A DNA stretch of 24,000 nt from Kineosphaera limosa NBRC 100340 (GCF_000298215.1 NZ_BAHD01000016.1:45484-69483); one strand, 5' to 3'; shown: positions 6,846-15,653, counted from the stretch's first letter. Translations and numbers: made by a program. The notes: generated by a model from the sequence alone, not told the origin.

Positions 6846-7610
6846 GTGCTGGTCCTTCTTCCGCCCTCGCAGTCCAAGTCCGTGCGTCGCCGCGGCGCGC
6901 CGATGCGCCCCGACCGATTGTCCTTCCCCCAGCTCGCGGCCACCCGCGACCGCGTGGCCCACGCCCTCGGCCAGGTCGGCGGAGGAGTCGAGGGCGCCCG
7001 GCTGCTCGGGCTGCCGCACACATTGGCCGACCAGGTCGATCTCAACACCCGGCTGCAGCGTTCCCCGGCCGTCCCCGTGTCCGCGCTGTACACCGGGGTG
7101 CTCTACGACGCGCTGGAGGTCGCCTCGCTGACCGGGCCCGCCAAGGCGCGGGCCACGCGTTGGCTGGTCGTCGTCTCCGCGCTGTACGGGGGGCTGCGGA
7201 TGCGCGACGCGGTGGGGCCGTACCGGCTGTCGATGAGCACCACCGTGCCCGGTCTGCCACCGCTGGCGCGGCTGTGGCGCCCCGCGCTGGCGCAGGCCCT
7301 CGGCGCGGCAGCCGGACGGGGGCTCATCGTCGACGGACGCTCCTCCGACTACGTCGCCGCCTGGAAGCCCGCGGGTGAGCAGGCGACGCGCTGGGTGCAC
7401 ATCGCGGTGCCGGGCGCGACGCACGGTGCCAAGCACACCCGGGGGCTGGTGGCGCGGGCGATCTGCGAACACGGGCTGGACGCCCGCACCCCGGTGGCGC
7501 TGGCCCGCGATCTCGCGCAGGTCACGCAGGGGCGCCTGGGGGTCGACCTCGACGAGCCCGCGCGGGCCGGGGCGCCGTGGCAACTGCGGGTGACGCACAA
7601 GGTGTGGTGA
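6846..7610 (+). CDS. yaaA: YaaA family peroxide stress protein (UPF0246/DUF328)
   Basis: Track ORF 6798..7610(+). I recall E. coli YaaA as MLILISPAK...GDVYTG...[21 protein letters not shown]. The matching segments here are VLVLLPPSQSK, LYTGVLYDAL and VVSALYGGLRMRDAVGPYRLSM. That alignment favours the GTG at 6846 as start, with AGGGA just upstream. ATG 6825 is the alternative. Confidence 0.8.
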   Translation: MLVLLPPSQSKSVRRRGAPMRPDRLSFPQLAATRDRVAHALGQVGGGVEGARLLGLPHTLADQVDLNTRLQRSPAVPVSALYTGVLYDALEVASLTGPAKARATRWLVVVSALYGGLRMRDAVGPYRLSMSTTVPGLPPLARLWRPALAQALGAAAGRGLIVDGRSSDYVAAWKPAGEQATRWVHIAVPGATHGAKHTRGLVARAICEHGLDARTPVALARDLAQVTQGRLGVDLDEPARAGAPWQLRVTHKVW

Positions 7611-7641
7611 GGGCGCCGCCTTCGATGAGTGCAGGTGTCGA

Positions 7642-8964
7642 TCAGCGCAGGTGCGAGGTGTCGTTGACGAACTCGACCGCGACGGCGCCGTCGGGCCACG
7701 TGCGGATGGAGGTCATGGAGGCGGGCGCGATGGCGATGCGCCACACGTGCTCCAGGTCGGCGCCCAGCACGTGTCCCAGCACCGCGAGGATCGCCATTCG
7801 GTGGGTCGCGACGACCACCGTTCCGCCGTCGATGACGAGGTGGTCGTAGGCCTGGACGACGCGGTTCGTCAGCTCGCGGTGACTTTCGCCGCCGGGCACC
7901 GCGGCCCCCGGGTCGGTCCGCAGCCGCTGCAGCGCCTGCGGATCGGCGACGCTCAGGTCGACGATCGTGCGGCCCTCGAAGTCGCCGTAGTCCTGCTCGT
8001 CCCACGCCGGATCGGTGCTGCACGGCACCTCGAAGCGGGCGGCCACCAGCTGGCCCGTGCGGTGGGCGCGGGTCAGAGTCGAGGAGACGACGCGCAGCGG
8101 AGTCGGCCCGTCGCCCGCGCACCCGTCGCCGAGAAAGCCGCGCAGCGCGCCGGCGACCCGACGCGCCTGGGCCTGCCCCTCGCCCTCGAGTTCAAGGTCG
8201 GGGCCGCCGCGGCCGCACAGACGCCCCTCGCGGTTGGCCGCCGTCACCCCGTGCCGCACCAGCACCACCCGCGCCGCGCCACCGACCGGGCCCACGACCG
8301 GGCCCACGACCGGGCCCACGACCGGGCCCACGACCGGGCCTACGACCGGGCCCGCGACGGAGGCAACGGCCTCCGCGGCGGGCGCAGCGGCGGAGTCGTC
8401 GGGCAGCTCGCCCGGATCGCCGGCATCAACCGGGTCGCCTGCATCGTCGGCTCCGGCCGCATCGTCGGCACCGTCCGCATCGTCGCCGGCTGAGGTGGCA
8501 GGCGCGGTGGCGCCCTCCTGCCACGGGCGCCGGGTGATGCTCTTGCCGTCCATGCCGTCGTTGCTCAGGGCGTCGGCGGCCTTGTTGCGTTCGCGGGGGA
8601 TCCACGTGTAGACGACCACTCCCCCGGACTGCCGCAGGCGAGTGGTGATGGCGCGGGCGTCCGCGGCGAGCCGCTTCATGTCCTCGTGTTTGATCTTCCA
8701 GCGCCCGCTCATCTGCTCGACGACGAGCTTGGAGTCCATGCGCACCTCGACCGCGGCGGACGGGTCGATGAGCTCGACCTCCTCGAGCCCGGCGACCAGG
8801 CCGGTGTATTCGGCGACGTTGTTGCTGGCTTTGCCGAGCGGTTCGGCGCGTTCGGCGAGCACCGCGCCGTTGGCGGCGTCGCGCACGAGGGCGCCGAAGC
8901 CGGCGACTCCGGGGTTGCCGCGGGAGCCGCCGTCGGCTTCGACGATGAGTCGGCGGGCCGTCAC
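7642..8964 (-). CDS. Bifunctional RNase HI / histidine-phosphatase (CobC-like acid phosphatase) protein, Rv2228c-type
   Basis: Track ORF 7642..9003(-). The preferred start is GTG 8964, which overlaps the upstream stop as GTGA. The N-terminal RNase H fold shows LIVEADGGSRGNPGVAGFGALV, NNVAEYTGLVAGLE and RERNKAADALSN. The C-terminal phosphoglycerate-mutase-like domain shows VVLVRHGVTAAN (RHG motif) and ESHRE...VVVATHRMAIL. The two domains are joined by an acidic, repeat-rich linker. Confidence 0.85.
   Translation of the reverse strand: MTARRLIVEADGGSRGNPGVAGFGALVRDAANGAVLAERAEPLGKASNNVAEYTGLVAGLEEVELIDPSAAVEVRMDSKLVVEQMSGRWKIKHEDMKRLAADARAITTRLRQSGGVVVYTWIPRERNKAADALSNDGMDGKSITRRPWQEGATAPATSAGDDADGADDAAGADDAGDPVDAGDPGELPDDSAAAPAAEAVASVAGPVVGPVVGPVVGPVVGPVVGPVGGAARVVLVRHGVTAANREGRLCGRGGPDLELEGEGQAQARRVAGALRGFLGDGCAGDGPTPLRVVSSTLTRAHRTGQLVAARFEVPCSTDPAWDEQDYGDFEGRTIVDLSVADPQALQRLRTDPGAAVPGGESHRELTNRVVQAYDHLVIDGGTVVVATHRMAILAVLGHVLGADLEHVWRIAIAPASMTSIRTWPDGAVAVEFVNDTSHLR
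8284..8355. repeat. 12-bp tandem repeat gaccgggcccac: 4 perfect copies plus 2 copies with one mismatch each
   Basis: Read directly. On the minus strand it encodes (GPVV)5 GPVG in the inter-domain linker of the RNase H/phosphatase protein. Confidence 0.95.
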
Positions 8965-9698
8965 AGGCCGGACTCGGCGGTCCGCACGAGGATCCGGCGG
9001 CACTCCTCACACCGCACGACCTCGTCGTCGGGGGCGGCGGCGATGCGGCGCAGGTCGGCGCCCATGAGTTCGAGTTGGCAGCCGCCGCAGCGGCGTTGCA
9101 CGAGGGCGGCGGCGCCGATGCCGGTCTGGGCGCGGATCTTCTCGTAGAGGTCGAGCAGGTCTTGCCCGACACCGGCGGCGACGTCGGCCCGGTCCCGGGC
9201 GATCGCCTCCTCCTCGGCGGTGATCTGCGCCAGCGCGTCGTCCTTGTCCTGCGCGGCCTCGGCGGTCTCGTGCGCCAGCTGCTCCCGCTGTGCCTCGAGT
9301 CGGGTCACGTCGGCGTCGAGCCCTTCGGCGCGTTCCATGACCTCGAGCTGCTCGTCCTCCAGCTCGGCTTGGCGCCGGTCGAGGGAGGCCAGCTCGTGTT
9401 GCAGGGCCTGCAGGTCCTTGGGTGTGCCTTGGCCGGCGTCGAGGCGGGCCTGGTTGCGGGCGGATCGGTCGCGCACGAGTTGCACGGCGGATTCGGCCCG
9501 GTCGACTTCGCGCTGCACGTCCTGCACCGCGGTCTGGGCGCGGACGACGTCGTCGTCGAGCGCGGAAAGCCGCTGGTCGAGTTCGGCGTGCCGCTGCGCC
9601 TGCGGAAGGTTCTTGCGCCGGTGGGCCAGCTGTCCGGTGCGGGTGTCGAGTCCGGCGAGGTCGAGCAACCGCCATTGCCTGCTGGGGTCGGCGTTCAC
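8961..9698 (-). CDS. C4-type zinc-ribbon coiled-coil protein (COG1579 / zf-RING_7 family, Rv2229c-like)
   Basis: Track ORF 8961..9764(-), trimmed to GTG 9698, which overlaps the Nif3 stop as GTGA. The N-terminus VNADPSRQWRLLDLAGLD is followed by a long heptad-rich coiled coil. The C-terminus carries two CxxC pairs (RCGGCQLEL ... VVRCEECRRILV). Confidence 0.8.
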   Translation of the reverse strand: MNADPSRQWRLLDLAGLDTRTGQLAHRRKNLPQAQRHAELDQRLSALDDDVVRAQTAVQDVQREVDRAESAVQLVRDRSARNQARLDAGQGTPKDLQALQHELASLDRRQAELEDEQLEVMERAEGLDADVTRLEAQREQLAHETAEAAQDKDDALAQITAEEEAIARDRADVAAGVGQDLLDLYEKIRAQTGIGAAALVQRRCGGCQLELMGADLRRIAAAPDDEVVRCEECRRILVRTAESGL

Positions 9699-10579
9699 GC
9701 ATCGTCTCCTTCTAGGTCGCGGACGTCCCGCGCGCCGATCGTGAAGGTCCACGGGTCGGTGCACAGGTCGCTGACGTGGGTGTCCACGCTAGCGCCGCGT
9801 GCCGACAGGGCGGCCGCGAGGTCGTCCGCGGCGTGCCGAAGCCACAGGGACTCGCTGGCCCAGTGCCCGGCGTCGACCAGATAGGGCGGCCCGCCGCGGG
9901 CCTCTTCGCGGGCCTCGAGCGCGGGGTGATGGCGCAGGTCGGCGGTGACGTAGACGTCGGCGCCGCTGGCGCGTACCTCCTGGAACAGGGAGTCGCCGGC
10001 GCCGCCGAGCAGCGCGACGCGGGTGACGGGCGCCTGTGGCGGCCCGGCGACACGCAGCCCACCAGGGGCGGCCGGCAGCCGGGAGGCCAGTCCGAGCGCG
10101 AAGTCCTGCAGCGAGACGGATTCGGACAGGTCGCCGACGAGCCCCATGGGAGTCCCTTCGGGCTCGCTCAGCGGCGTCGTGTCACTGAGCCCGCACGCCC
10201 GGGCGAGTGCGGAGTTGACCCCGACGGCGGCGCTGTCGGCGTTGGTGTGGGCCACGTAGAGCGCCAGGTCGGCGACGACCAGGGCGGTGACGGTGGCCCC
10301 TTTGGCGCTGGTGGTGGCCACGGAGTGGATGCCGCGCAGCAGCAGCGGGTGGTGGGTGACGAGCAGGTCGGCCCCGGCCGCGACGGCCTCCTGCACGACG
10401 GCCAGGGTCGGGTCGACGGCGAAATGCACGCGCCGCACCGGCTGCTCGGGATCACCGGAGACGAGGCCCACCTGATCCCAGGACTGCGCCAGCTCGGGCG
10501 GGAAGAGTTGCTCCAACGCCGCCACGACATCGCGCAGCAGCACTGCCTCGCCGCCGTCGGCCGCTGCCCGATCACCCAT
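9695..10579 (-). CDS. Nif3-like dinuclear metal centre protein (GTP cyclohydrolase 1 type 2 homologue, Rv2230c-like)
   Basis: Track ORF 9695..10693(-), trimmed to ATG 10579, with GGAGG 6 nt upstream. The longer version would run through the tRNA-Val gene. Motifs present: WDQVGLVSGDP, ADLLVTHHPLLLRG, LYVAHTNAD, VYVTADLRHH. Confidence 0.85.
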   Translation of the reverse strand: MGDRAAADGGEAVLLRDVVAALEQLFPPELAQSWDQVGLVSGDPEQPVRRVHFAVDPTLAVVQEAVAAGADLLVTHHPLLLRGIHSVATTSAKGATVTALVVADLALYVAHTNADSAAVGVNSALARACGLSDTTPLSEPEGTPMGLVGDLSESVSLQDFALGLASRLPAAPGGLRVAGPPQAPVTRVALLGGAGDSLFQEVRASGADVYVTADLRHHPALEAREEARGGPPYLVDAGHWASESLWLRHAADDLAAALSARGASVDTHVSDLCTDPWTFTIGARDVRDLEGDDA

Positions 10580-10636
10580 CACACGCCTCCAGTCCGTCGT
10601 CCCAGGTGCACTCGACCAGCCGGACGCCGGACACGC

Positions 10637-10651
10637 CCCAGTCGTACTGGG
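10637..10651 (-). terminator. Small hairpin 13 nt downstream of tRNA-Val (CCCAGU-ACG-ACUGGG)
   Basis: A 6-bp perfect stem with a 3-nt loop, read directly. There is no U-tract. Its role (terminator or processing site) is a guess. Confidence 0.25.
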
Positions 10652-10663
10652 TTCAAGGGTGGG

Positions 10664-10736
10664 TGGGCCCGGCCGGGCTCGAACCGACGACACCCGCGGT
10701 GTAAACGCGGTGCTCTACCAACTGAGCTACAGGCCC
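10664..10736 (-). tRNA. tRNA-Val (anticodon UAC), 73 nt, CCA not encoded
   Basis: Manual cloverleaf on the minus strand. Acceptor stem GGGCCUG/CGGGCCC (one G-U pair), then U8 A9. D arm GCUC-AGUUGGUA-GAGC. Anticodon arm CCGCG-UUUACAC-CGCGG, giving anticodon UAC. Variable loop GUGUC. T arm GUCGG-UUCGAGC-CCGGC. Discriminator A, followed by CCC in the genome. Confidence 0.93.
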
Positions 10737-10764
10737 CAACACCGCCATTGTGTCAGGCGGGCTG

Positions 10765-10783
10765 CCGCGGAACGGATCCGCGG
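10765..10783 (-). terminator. Weak GC hairpin just downstream of the ahpE stop (CCGCGG-7 nt-CCGCGG)
   Basis: A 6-bp stem read directly, with no U-tract. It sits between ahpE and the putative tRNA-Val promoter region. Confidence 0.25.
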
Positions 10784-10788
10784 GTGTC

Positions 10789-11262
10789 TCAGGCGCCGAT
10801 GATCTTGTTCAGCGTCTCGTGAAAGCCGCTGAAGTCACGCCGCTCGCCGGGGGCATTGGTCAGGCACCAGCGAACGATGCCGTCGGGGTCGAGAAAGAAC
10901 GTGCCGCGGTGCGCGAAACCGCCCGCTTCGTCGAACACGCCGTACTGCCGGGCCACCCCGCCGTGCGGCCAGAAGTCCGAGAGCAGCGGAAAGAAGTAGC
11001 CCTCCCGGTCGTCCCAGGCGCGCAGCGAGAACACCGGATCGCAGGAGACGGCGACGACGACCACGTGCTCGTTCTGGAAGGCGCCGAGGTCGTCGCGGAT
11101 CTCGGTCAACTCGCCCGTGCAGATGCCGGAGAACGCGAACGGAAAGAACACGACGAGCACCCCGCGCCCCTGGCGCAACTCGGCCGTCGAGATCTTCGTG
11201 CCGTACTGGTCACTGAGCGTGAAGTCCGGTGCCTTGTCGCCGACGTTGATCTGCGGTGCCAT
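10789..11262 (-). CDS. ahpE: Peroxiredoxin, AhpE-type 1-Cys (157 aa)
   Basis: Track ORF 10789..11283(-), trimmed to ATG 11262 (MAPQINVGDKAPDFTLSDQYG...). It closely resembles M. tuberculosis AhpE (Rv2238c) as I recall it. Matching segments: VLVVFFPFAFSGICTGEL, FPLLSDFWPHGGVARQYGVF, HRGTFFLD. Confidence 0.88.
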   Translation of the reverse strand: MAPQINVGDKAPDFTLSDQYGTKISTAELRQGRGVLVVFFPFAFSGICTGELTEIRDDLGAFQNEHVVVVAVSCDPVFSLRAWDDREGYFFPLLSDFWPHGGVARQYGVFDEAGGFAHRGTFFLDPDGIVRWCLTNAPGERRDFSGFHETLNKIIGA

Positions 11263-11304
11263 GGCCCCAGTGTGCCTGGCCACGCGACCTACCGACGGTT
11301 GGTC

Positions 11305-11724
11305 TCAGCGCCGCGCGCCGGATTTCGGGGTCACCAAGCGGGTGCCCGACCACTCCGGCGTGAGATTGACGCTTGCGCTGGCCTGCAGCCCCGCGGTCTC
11401 GGCCGCCTCGGCGACGTCGCTGGGATCGACCTCGCCGGGCCGGCCCACCTTGGGCGTGAGCAACACGATGAAGCCCTGATCTTCCATCGTCGTCAAGGCG
11501 TCGACCAGCGCGTCGGTGAGATCACCGTCCTCCTCGCGCCACCACAGCAGCACCCCGTCGACGACGTCGTCGTAGGTTTCGTCCTCCAGATCACCTTCGA
11601 CGGCGTCCTCGATGTGCTCACGCAGGGTGTCGTCGACATCGTCGTCATAGCCGACTTCGAGAATGACCTGACCTGGGCCGAAGCCCAGTTTGGTCACGGC
11701 CGCGGTGGGCGCGGATCCGGACAC
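11305..11724 (-). CDS. DUF3052 domain-containing protein (Rv2239c-like, 139 aa)
   Basis: Track ORF 11305..11904(-), trimmed to GTG 11724, with AGGAGG 9 nt upstream. The sequence is VSGSAPTAAVTKLGFGPGQVILEVGYDDDVDDTLREHIEDAVEGDLEDE...GVLLWWREEDGDLTDALVDALT. This acidic small protein is found next to ahpE in actinobacteria. Confidence 0.75.
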   Translation of the reverse strand: MSGSAPTAAVTKLGFGPGQVILEVGYDDDVDDTLREHIEDAVEGDLEDETYDDVVDGVLLWWREEDGDLTDALVDALTTMEDQGFIVLLTPKVGRPGEVDPSDVAEAAETAGLQASASVNLTPEWSGTRLVTPKSGARR

Positions 11725-11881
11725 GCGTCTGTACCTCCTGTGAAATCCCTGGGGGGATGTGCGGGAACGGCGACCACCCGGGCCGCCATGCATTAGGCCT
11801 AGTCCAGCGGTTCGACACGCATTGTGCAAGCATGACGCCGCGCCGGACACTGCCACGAGGGTCGAACCGGAGGGAGGGACG

Positions 11882-12739
11882 ATGGGTCGAATCACCCGCC
11901 GCACCCCCGCGCGGCGCCTTCAGGTCCGCCCTGATGGGGTGCTCGTCGACACACGCCCCGACACCCTGGCGGTCGAGGAGCCCTTGGAAATTCGAGTGTC
12001 CGGCGAACCGGTCGTCGTCACCATGCGTACCCCGGGCGACGACTTCGATCTGACCCTGGGGTGGTTGCACGCCGAGGGGCACATCCGCGCCGCGAGCGAC
12101 GTGCGCACCCTGCAGCACTGCCAAGACCTCGACGAGGACGGCCGGCCGACCTTCAACGCCGTCGACGTCACCGGCTCCCCCGGGGTAAACCTGCAGGTCA
12201 CGCCACGAGCGACGACTGCGACCAGCGCGTGCGGGATGTGCGGGGCACGCACGATCGCCGACACCCGCGCCCGCTCGCGCTACGACCTCACGCTCGATCG
12301 CACTCCCCTCGACCCGGCGGTGCTCGTGCAGTTGCCGCACCTGCTGCGCGAACGCCAGACCGGCTTCGACCGCACGGGCGGCATGCACGCCGCGGCAATC
12401 ATCGACGTGCGCGCCCCGGAGCCGATCGTGCGGGCCGTTCGAGAGGATGTCGGTCGGCACAATGCGGTCGACAAGGTCGTCGGCTGGGCGCTGCGACAGG
12501 ACGCCCTCCCGTTGTTCGGTCACGTCATGGTCGTCAGTGGACGCGCCGGTTACGAACTCGTGCAGAAAACCGTGTTGGCGGGCGCGCCCGCGATGGTGTC
12601 GGTCTCCGCGACGAGCAGCCTGGCCGTCGAGTTGGCGAGGGAGGCGGGATTGACGCTCGCCTCGTTCGTGCGCGACGACCGGCTCACCCTCTACAGCGAC
12701 CCCGACCGCGTCACGGCGCCACATCGGGACATCGACTAG
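11882..12739 (+). CDS. fdhD: Formate dehydrogenase accessory sulfurtransferase FdhD (285 aa)
   Basis: Track ORF 11759..12739(+), trimmed to ATG 11882, preceded by GGAGGGAGGGA. Motifs present: [39 protein letters not shown] (catalytic Cys loop), [34 protein letters not shown]. Confidence 0.88.
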   Translation: MGRITRRTPARRLQVRPDGVLVDTRPDTLAVEEPLEIRVSGEPVVVTMRTPGDDFDLTLGWLHAEGHIRAASDVRTLQHCQDLDEDGRPTFNAVDVTGSPGVNLQVTPRATTATSACGMCGARTIADTRARSRYDLTLDRTPLDPAVLVQLPHLLRERQTGFDRTGGMHAAAIIDVRAPEPIVRAVREDVGRHNAVDKVVGWALRQDALPLFGHVMVVSGRAGYELVQKTVLAGAPAMVSVSATSSLAVELAREAGLTLASFVRDDRLTLYSDPDRVTAPHRDID

Positions 12740-12740
12740 G

Positions 12741-12765
12741 CGCTCGCGCAGGGGGCGCACGAGCG
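12741..12765 (+). terminator. GC-rich bulged hairpin directly after the fdhD stop
   Basis: CGCTCG(CGC)-aGGGG-(GCG)caCGAGCG, read directly. The stem is about 9 bp with a 2-nt bulge and has no U-tract. Confidence 0.3.
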
Positions 12766-12884
12766 ACCCGCCGGATGCCGACCTGCGCGATACCGGCAGG
12801 CGGTGCGAGGATTGGGCCAGCGACGACAGGGCGGCCGGACCATCCGCGGGCCGCTCTGCACACGCCGGCAGAAAGGACTGCATC

Positions 12885-15653
12885 GTGCGCAGCGAAGGAT
12901 CGGCTCCCATCATCAATGGCCTCCCGAGCAGGCTGCCGGACATCGATCCGCAGGAGACGGCCGAGTGGCTGGAGTCCATGGACACGGTGCTCGACGAGTC
13001 CGGCGCGCAACGCGCCCGCTACCTCATGTTGCGGATGCTCGAGCACGCCCGCGTCCGCCAGATCGGCGTCCCCTCGCTGATGACGACCGACTACATCAAC
13101 ACCATCCCGTTGGAGCAGGAACCGTGGTTCCCCGGCGACGAGGACATGGAGAAGGCCTTCCGTCGCCTGGTGCGCTGGAACGCCGCCGTGCTCGTGCACC
13201 GGGCCCAGCGCCCCGGCGTGGGCGTCGGCGGGCACATCTCGACGTACGCCTCGGCGGCGACTCTGTACGAGGTCGGGATGAACCACTTCTTCCGGGGGCA
13301 AGACCATCCCGGTGGCGGCGACCAGGTCTTCTTCCAGGGGCACGCCTCCCCGGGCATGTACGCCCGCGCCTACCTCGAAGGGCGTCTCGACGAGACGCAA
13401 CTCGACGGCTTCCGCCAGGAGAAGAGTCACGTCGTCGACGGCTTTCCGCAGGCGCTGCCCAGTTATCCGCACCCGCGGCTCATGCCGACGTTCTGGCAGT
13501 TCCCGACGGTCTCCATGGGCTTGGGGCCGATCAACGCCATCTATCAGGCGCAATTCAACCGCTATCTGCACAATCGCGGCCTCAAGGACACCAGCGACCA
13601 GCACGTGTGGGCCTTCCTGGGCGACGGCGAGATGGATGAGGTCGAGTCGCGCGGGGCGCTGCAGTTGGCGGCTTTCGAAGAGCTGGACAACCTGACGTTC
13701 GTCGTCAACTGCAATCTGCAGCGGCTCGACGGCCCGGTGCGCGGTAACGGCAAGATCATTCAGGAGTTGGAGGCGTTCTTCCGCGGCGCCGGCTGGAACG
13801 TCATCAAGTGCATCTGGGGTCGGGGTTGGGACGACCTGCTGGCGGCCGACAGCCAGGGCGCGCTCGTGCACCTCATGAACTCGACGCCCGACGGGGATTA
13901 CCAGACGTTCCGCGCCAACGACGGCAACTACATCCGCGAACACTTCTTCGGGCGTGACCCGCGCACCCGCAAACTGGTCTCGCAGTGGTCGGATGGCGAC
14001 ATTTGGTGGCGGCTCAAGCGCGGCGGGCACGATTACGGCAAGGTGTATGCCGCCTACGACCGGGCGGTGCGTCACACCGGTCAGCCGACGGTCATTCTGG
14101 CCAAGACGATCAAGGGGTACACGCTCGGCCAGCACTTCGCCGGCCGCAATGCGACGCACCAGATGAAGAAGCTGGCGGTCGACGATCTCAAGCTGTTGCG
14201 CGACACGTTGCACATTCCGATCAGTGACGAGCAGTTGGAGGAGAACCCCTACCTGCCGCCGTTCTACAACCCCGGCATGGACGACGAGCGCATTCAGTAC
14301 ATGATGGAGCGCCGCAAGAAGCTGGGCGGCCACGTGCCGGAGCGGCGGGTGCCCAAGGAGAAGATCCACCTGCCCGACGCCAGCGCCTACGACACCCTGA
14401 AGAAGGGCTCGGGCAAGCAGCAGGTGGCGACGACGATGGCGTTCGTGCGGCTCCTTCGTGAGCTCATGCGCGACAAGGAGTTCGGCAAGCGTGTCGTGCC
14501 GATCATTCCGGACGAGGCCCGCACGTTCGGTATGGACAGCTTCTTCCCGACGTCCAAGATCTACAACCCGCACGGGCAGAACTACACCGCGGTCGACGCC
14601 GAACTCATGCTCGCCTACAAGGAGTCCGAGCAGGGGCAGATGCTGCACCTGGGCATCAACGAGGCCGGCTCGGTCGCGGCGTTCACGGCGGCCGGGTCGA
14701 GCTATTCGACGCACGGCGAGCCGATGTTGCCGGTGTACGTCTTCTATTCGATGTTCGGCTTCCAGCGCACCGGAGATGGATTGTGGGCGGCGGCCGACCA
14801 GCTCACCCGGGGCTTCCTCATCGGGGCGACGGCCGGAAAGACGACGCTGGCCGGTGAGGGCCTGCAACACATGGACGGGCATTCCCCGATCCTGGCCGCC
14901 ACCAATCCGGCCGTCATTCATTTCGACCCCGCCTACGGCTACGAGATCGCGCACATCGTCAAGCACGGCCTGGAGCGCATGTACGGCGACGACCCGCACG
15001 ACGAGATCTACTACCTGACGGTCTACAACGAGCCGCTCGTGCAGCCCGCTCAGCCCGAGGGCATCGACGAGGCGGGCATCGCCAAGGGCATGTACCTGCT
15101 CAAGGCGGGCACTGCGCCCGAGGGTGCGGAGGTCGCGGACTGCCCGCGGGCGCAGCTGCTCGCCTCCGGCGTGGGGGTGCCGTGGGCCTTGGAGGCCCAG
15201 CAGTTGCTGCGCGACGACTGGGGTGTGGTGGCCGACGTGTGGTCGGTGACCTCGTGGACCCAGCTGCGTCGCGACGCGATGTGGGCCGACGACGAGCACC
15301 TGCTCAATCCCGACGAGCCGCGCCGCATCCCCTATGTCACAGAAATGTTGGCGGATGTGCCCGGGCCGGTCATCGCGACGAGCGACTACATGAAGCAGGT
15401 GCAGGACCAGATCGCCCCGTGGGTGCCCGGTGACTACCACGCCCTGGGCGCCGACGGATTCGGCTTCTCCGACACCCGCCCCGCGGGCCGCCGCTTCTTC
15501 CGGATCGACGGCCCCTCCATGGCCGTCGCCACGCTCATCGCCCTCGGTGAGCGAGACGAGGTCGACCGCGCCCTGGCCGCCCGCGCCGCCAAGCAGTACC
15601 GCATCGACGACCCGACCGCCGGAGCCTCCGGCAACGAGGGCGGCGACGCCTGA
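12885..15653 (+). CDS. aceE: Pyruvate dehydrogenase E1 component, homodimeric type (922 aa)
   Basis: Track ORF 12885..15653(+). The start is GTG, with GAAAGGA 10 nt upstream. Similarity to E. coli AceE as I recall it is strong along the length. Matching segments: [118 protein letters not shown]. Confidence 0.97.
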   Translation: MRSEGSAPIINGLPSRLPDIDPQETAEWLESMDTVLDESGAQRARYLMLRMLEHARVRQIGVPSLMTTDYINTIPLEQEPWFPGDEDMEKAFRRLVRWNAAVLVHRAQRPGVGVGGHISTYASAATLYEVGMNHFFRGQDHPGGGDQVFFQGHASPGMYARAYLEGRLDETQLDGFRQEKSHVVDGFPQALPSYPHPRLMPTFWQFPTVSMGLGPINAIYQAQFNRYLHNRGLKDTSDQHVWAFLGDGEMDEVESRGALQLAAFEELDNLTFVVNCNLQRLDGPVRGNGKIIQELEAFFRGAGWNVIKCIWGRGWDDLLAADSQGALVHLMNSTPDGDYQTFRANDGNYIREHFFGRDPRTRKLVSQWSDGDIWWRLKRGGHDYGKVYAAYDRAVRHTGQPTVILAKTIKGYTLGQHFAGRNATHQMKKLAVDDLKLLRDTLHIPISDEQLEENPYLPPFYNPGMDDERIQYMMERRKKLGGHVPERRVPKEKIHLPDASAYDTLKKGSGKQQVATTMAFVRLLRELMRDKEFGKRVVPIIPDEARTFGMDSFFPTSKIYNPHGQNYTAVDAELMLAYKESEQGQMLHLGINEAGSVAAFTAAGSSYSTHGEPMLPVYVFYSMFGFQRTGDGLWAAADQLTRGFLIGATAGKTTLAGEGLQHMDGHSPILAATNPAVIHFDPAYGYEIAHIVKHGLERMYGDDPHDEIYYLTVYNEPLVQPAQPEGIDEAGIAKGMYLLKAGTAPEGAEVADCPRAQLLASGVGVPWALEAQQLLRDDWGVVADVWSVTSWTQLRRDAMWADDEHLLNPDEPRRIPYVTEMLADVPGPVIATSDYMKQVQDQIAPWVPGDYHALGADGFGFSDTRPAGRRFFRIDGPSMAVATLIALGERDEVDRALAARAAKQYRIDDPTAGASGNEGGDA

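Noticed and set aside
10580-10693. Longer Nif3 ORF starting at 10693
   Set aside because: It would read through the 3' half of the tRNA-Val gene. ATG 10579 has a GGAGG at ideal spacing, and Nif3-like sequence begins after it.
10580-10800. tRNA-Val as an integration site for a genomic island or prophage
   Set aside because: There is no integrase, recombinase or phage-like gene on either side. The flanking genes are conserved housekeeping genes syntenic with M. tuberculosis. By eye I found no convincing direct repeat of the tRNA 3' end; the GGGTCGAACCGG at about 11858-11869 is too short and has an indel.
11739-11754. CRP/GlxR-type site suggested by TGTGA at 11739-11743 in the DUF3052/fdhD divergent gap
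   Set aside because: The required TCACA partner 6 nt downstream is absent (the sequence reads aatccc-tgggg). A lone pentamer is not evidence. The nearby ATGCAT/GCATTGTGCAAGCATG near-palindromes are too imperfect to call.
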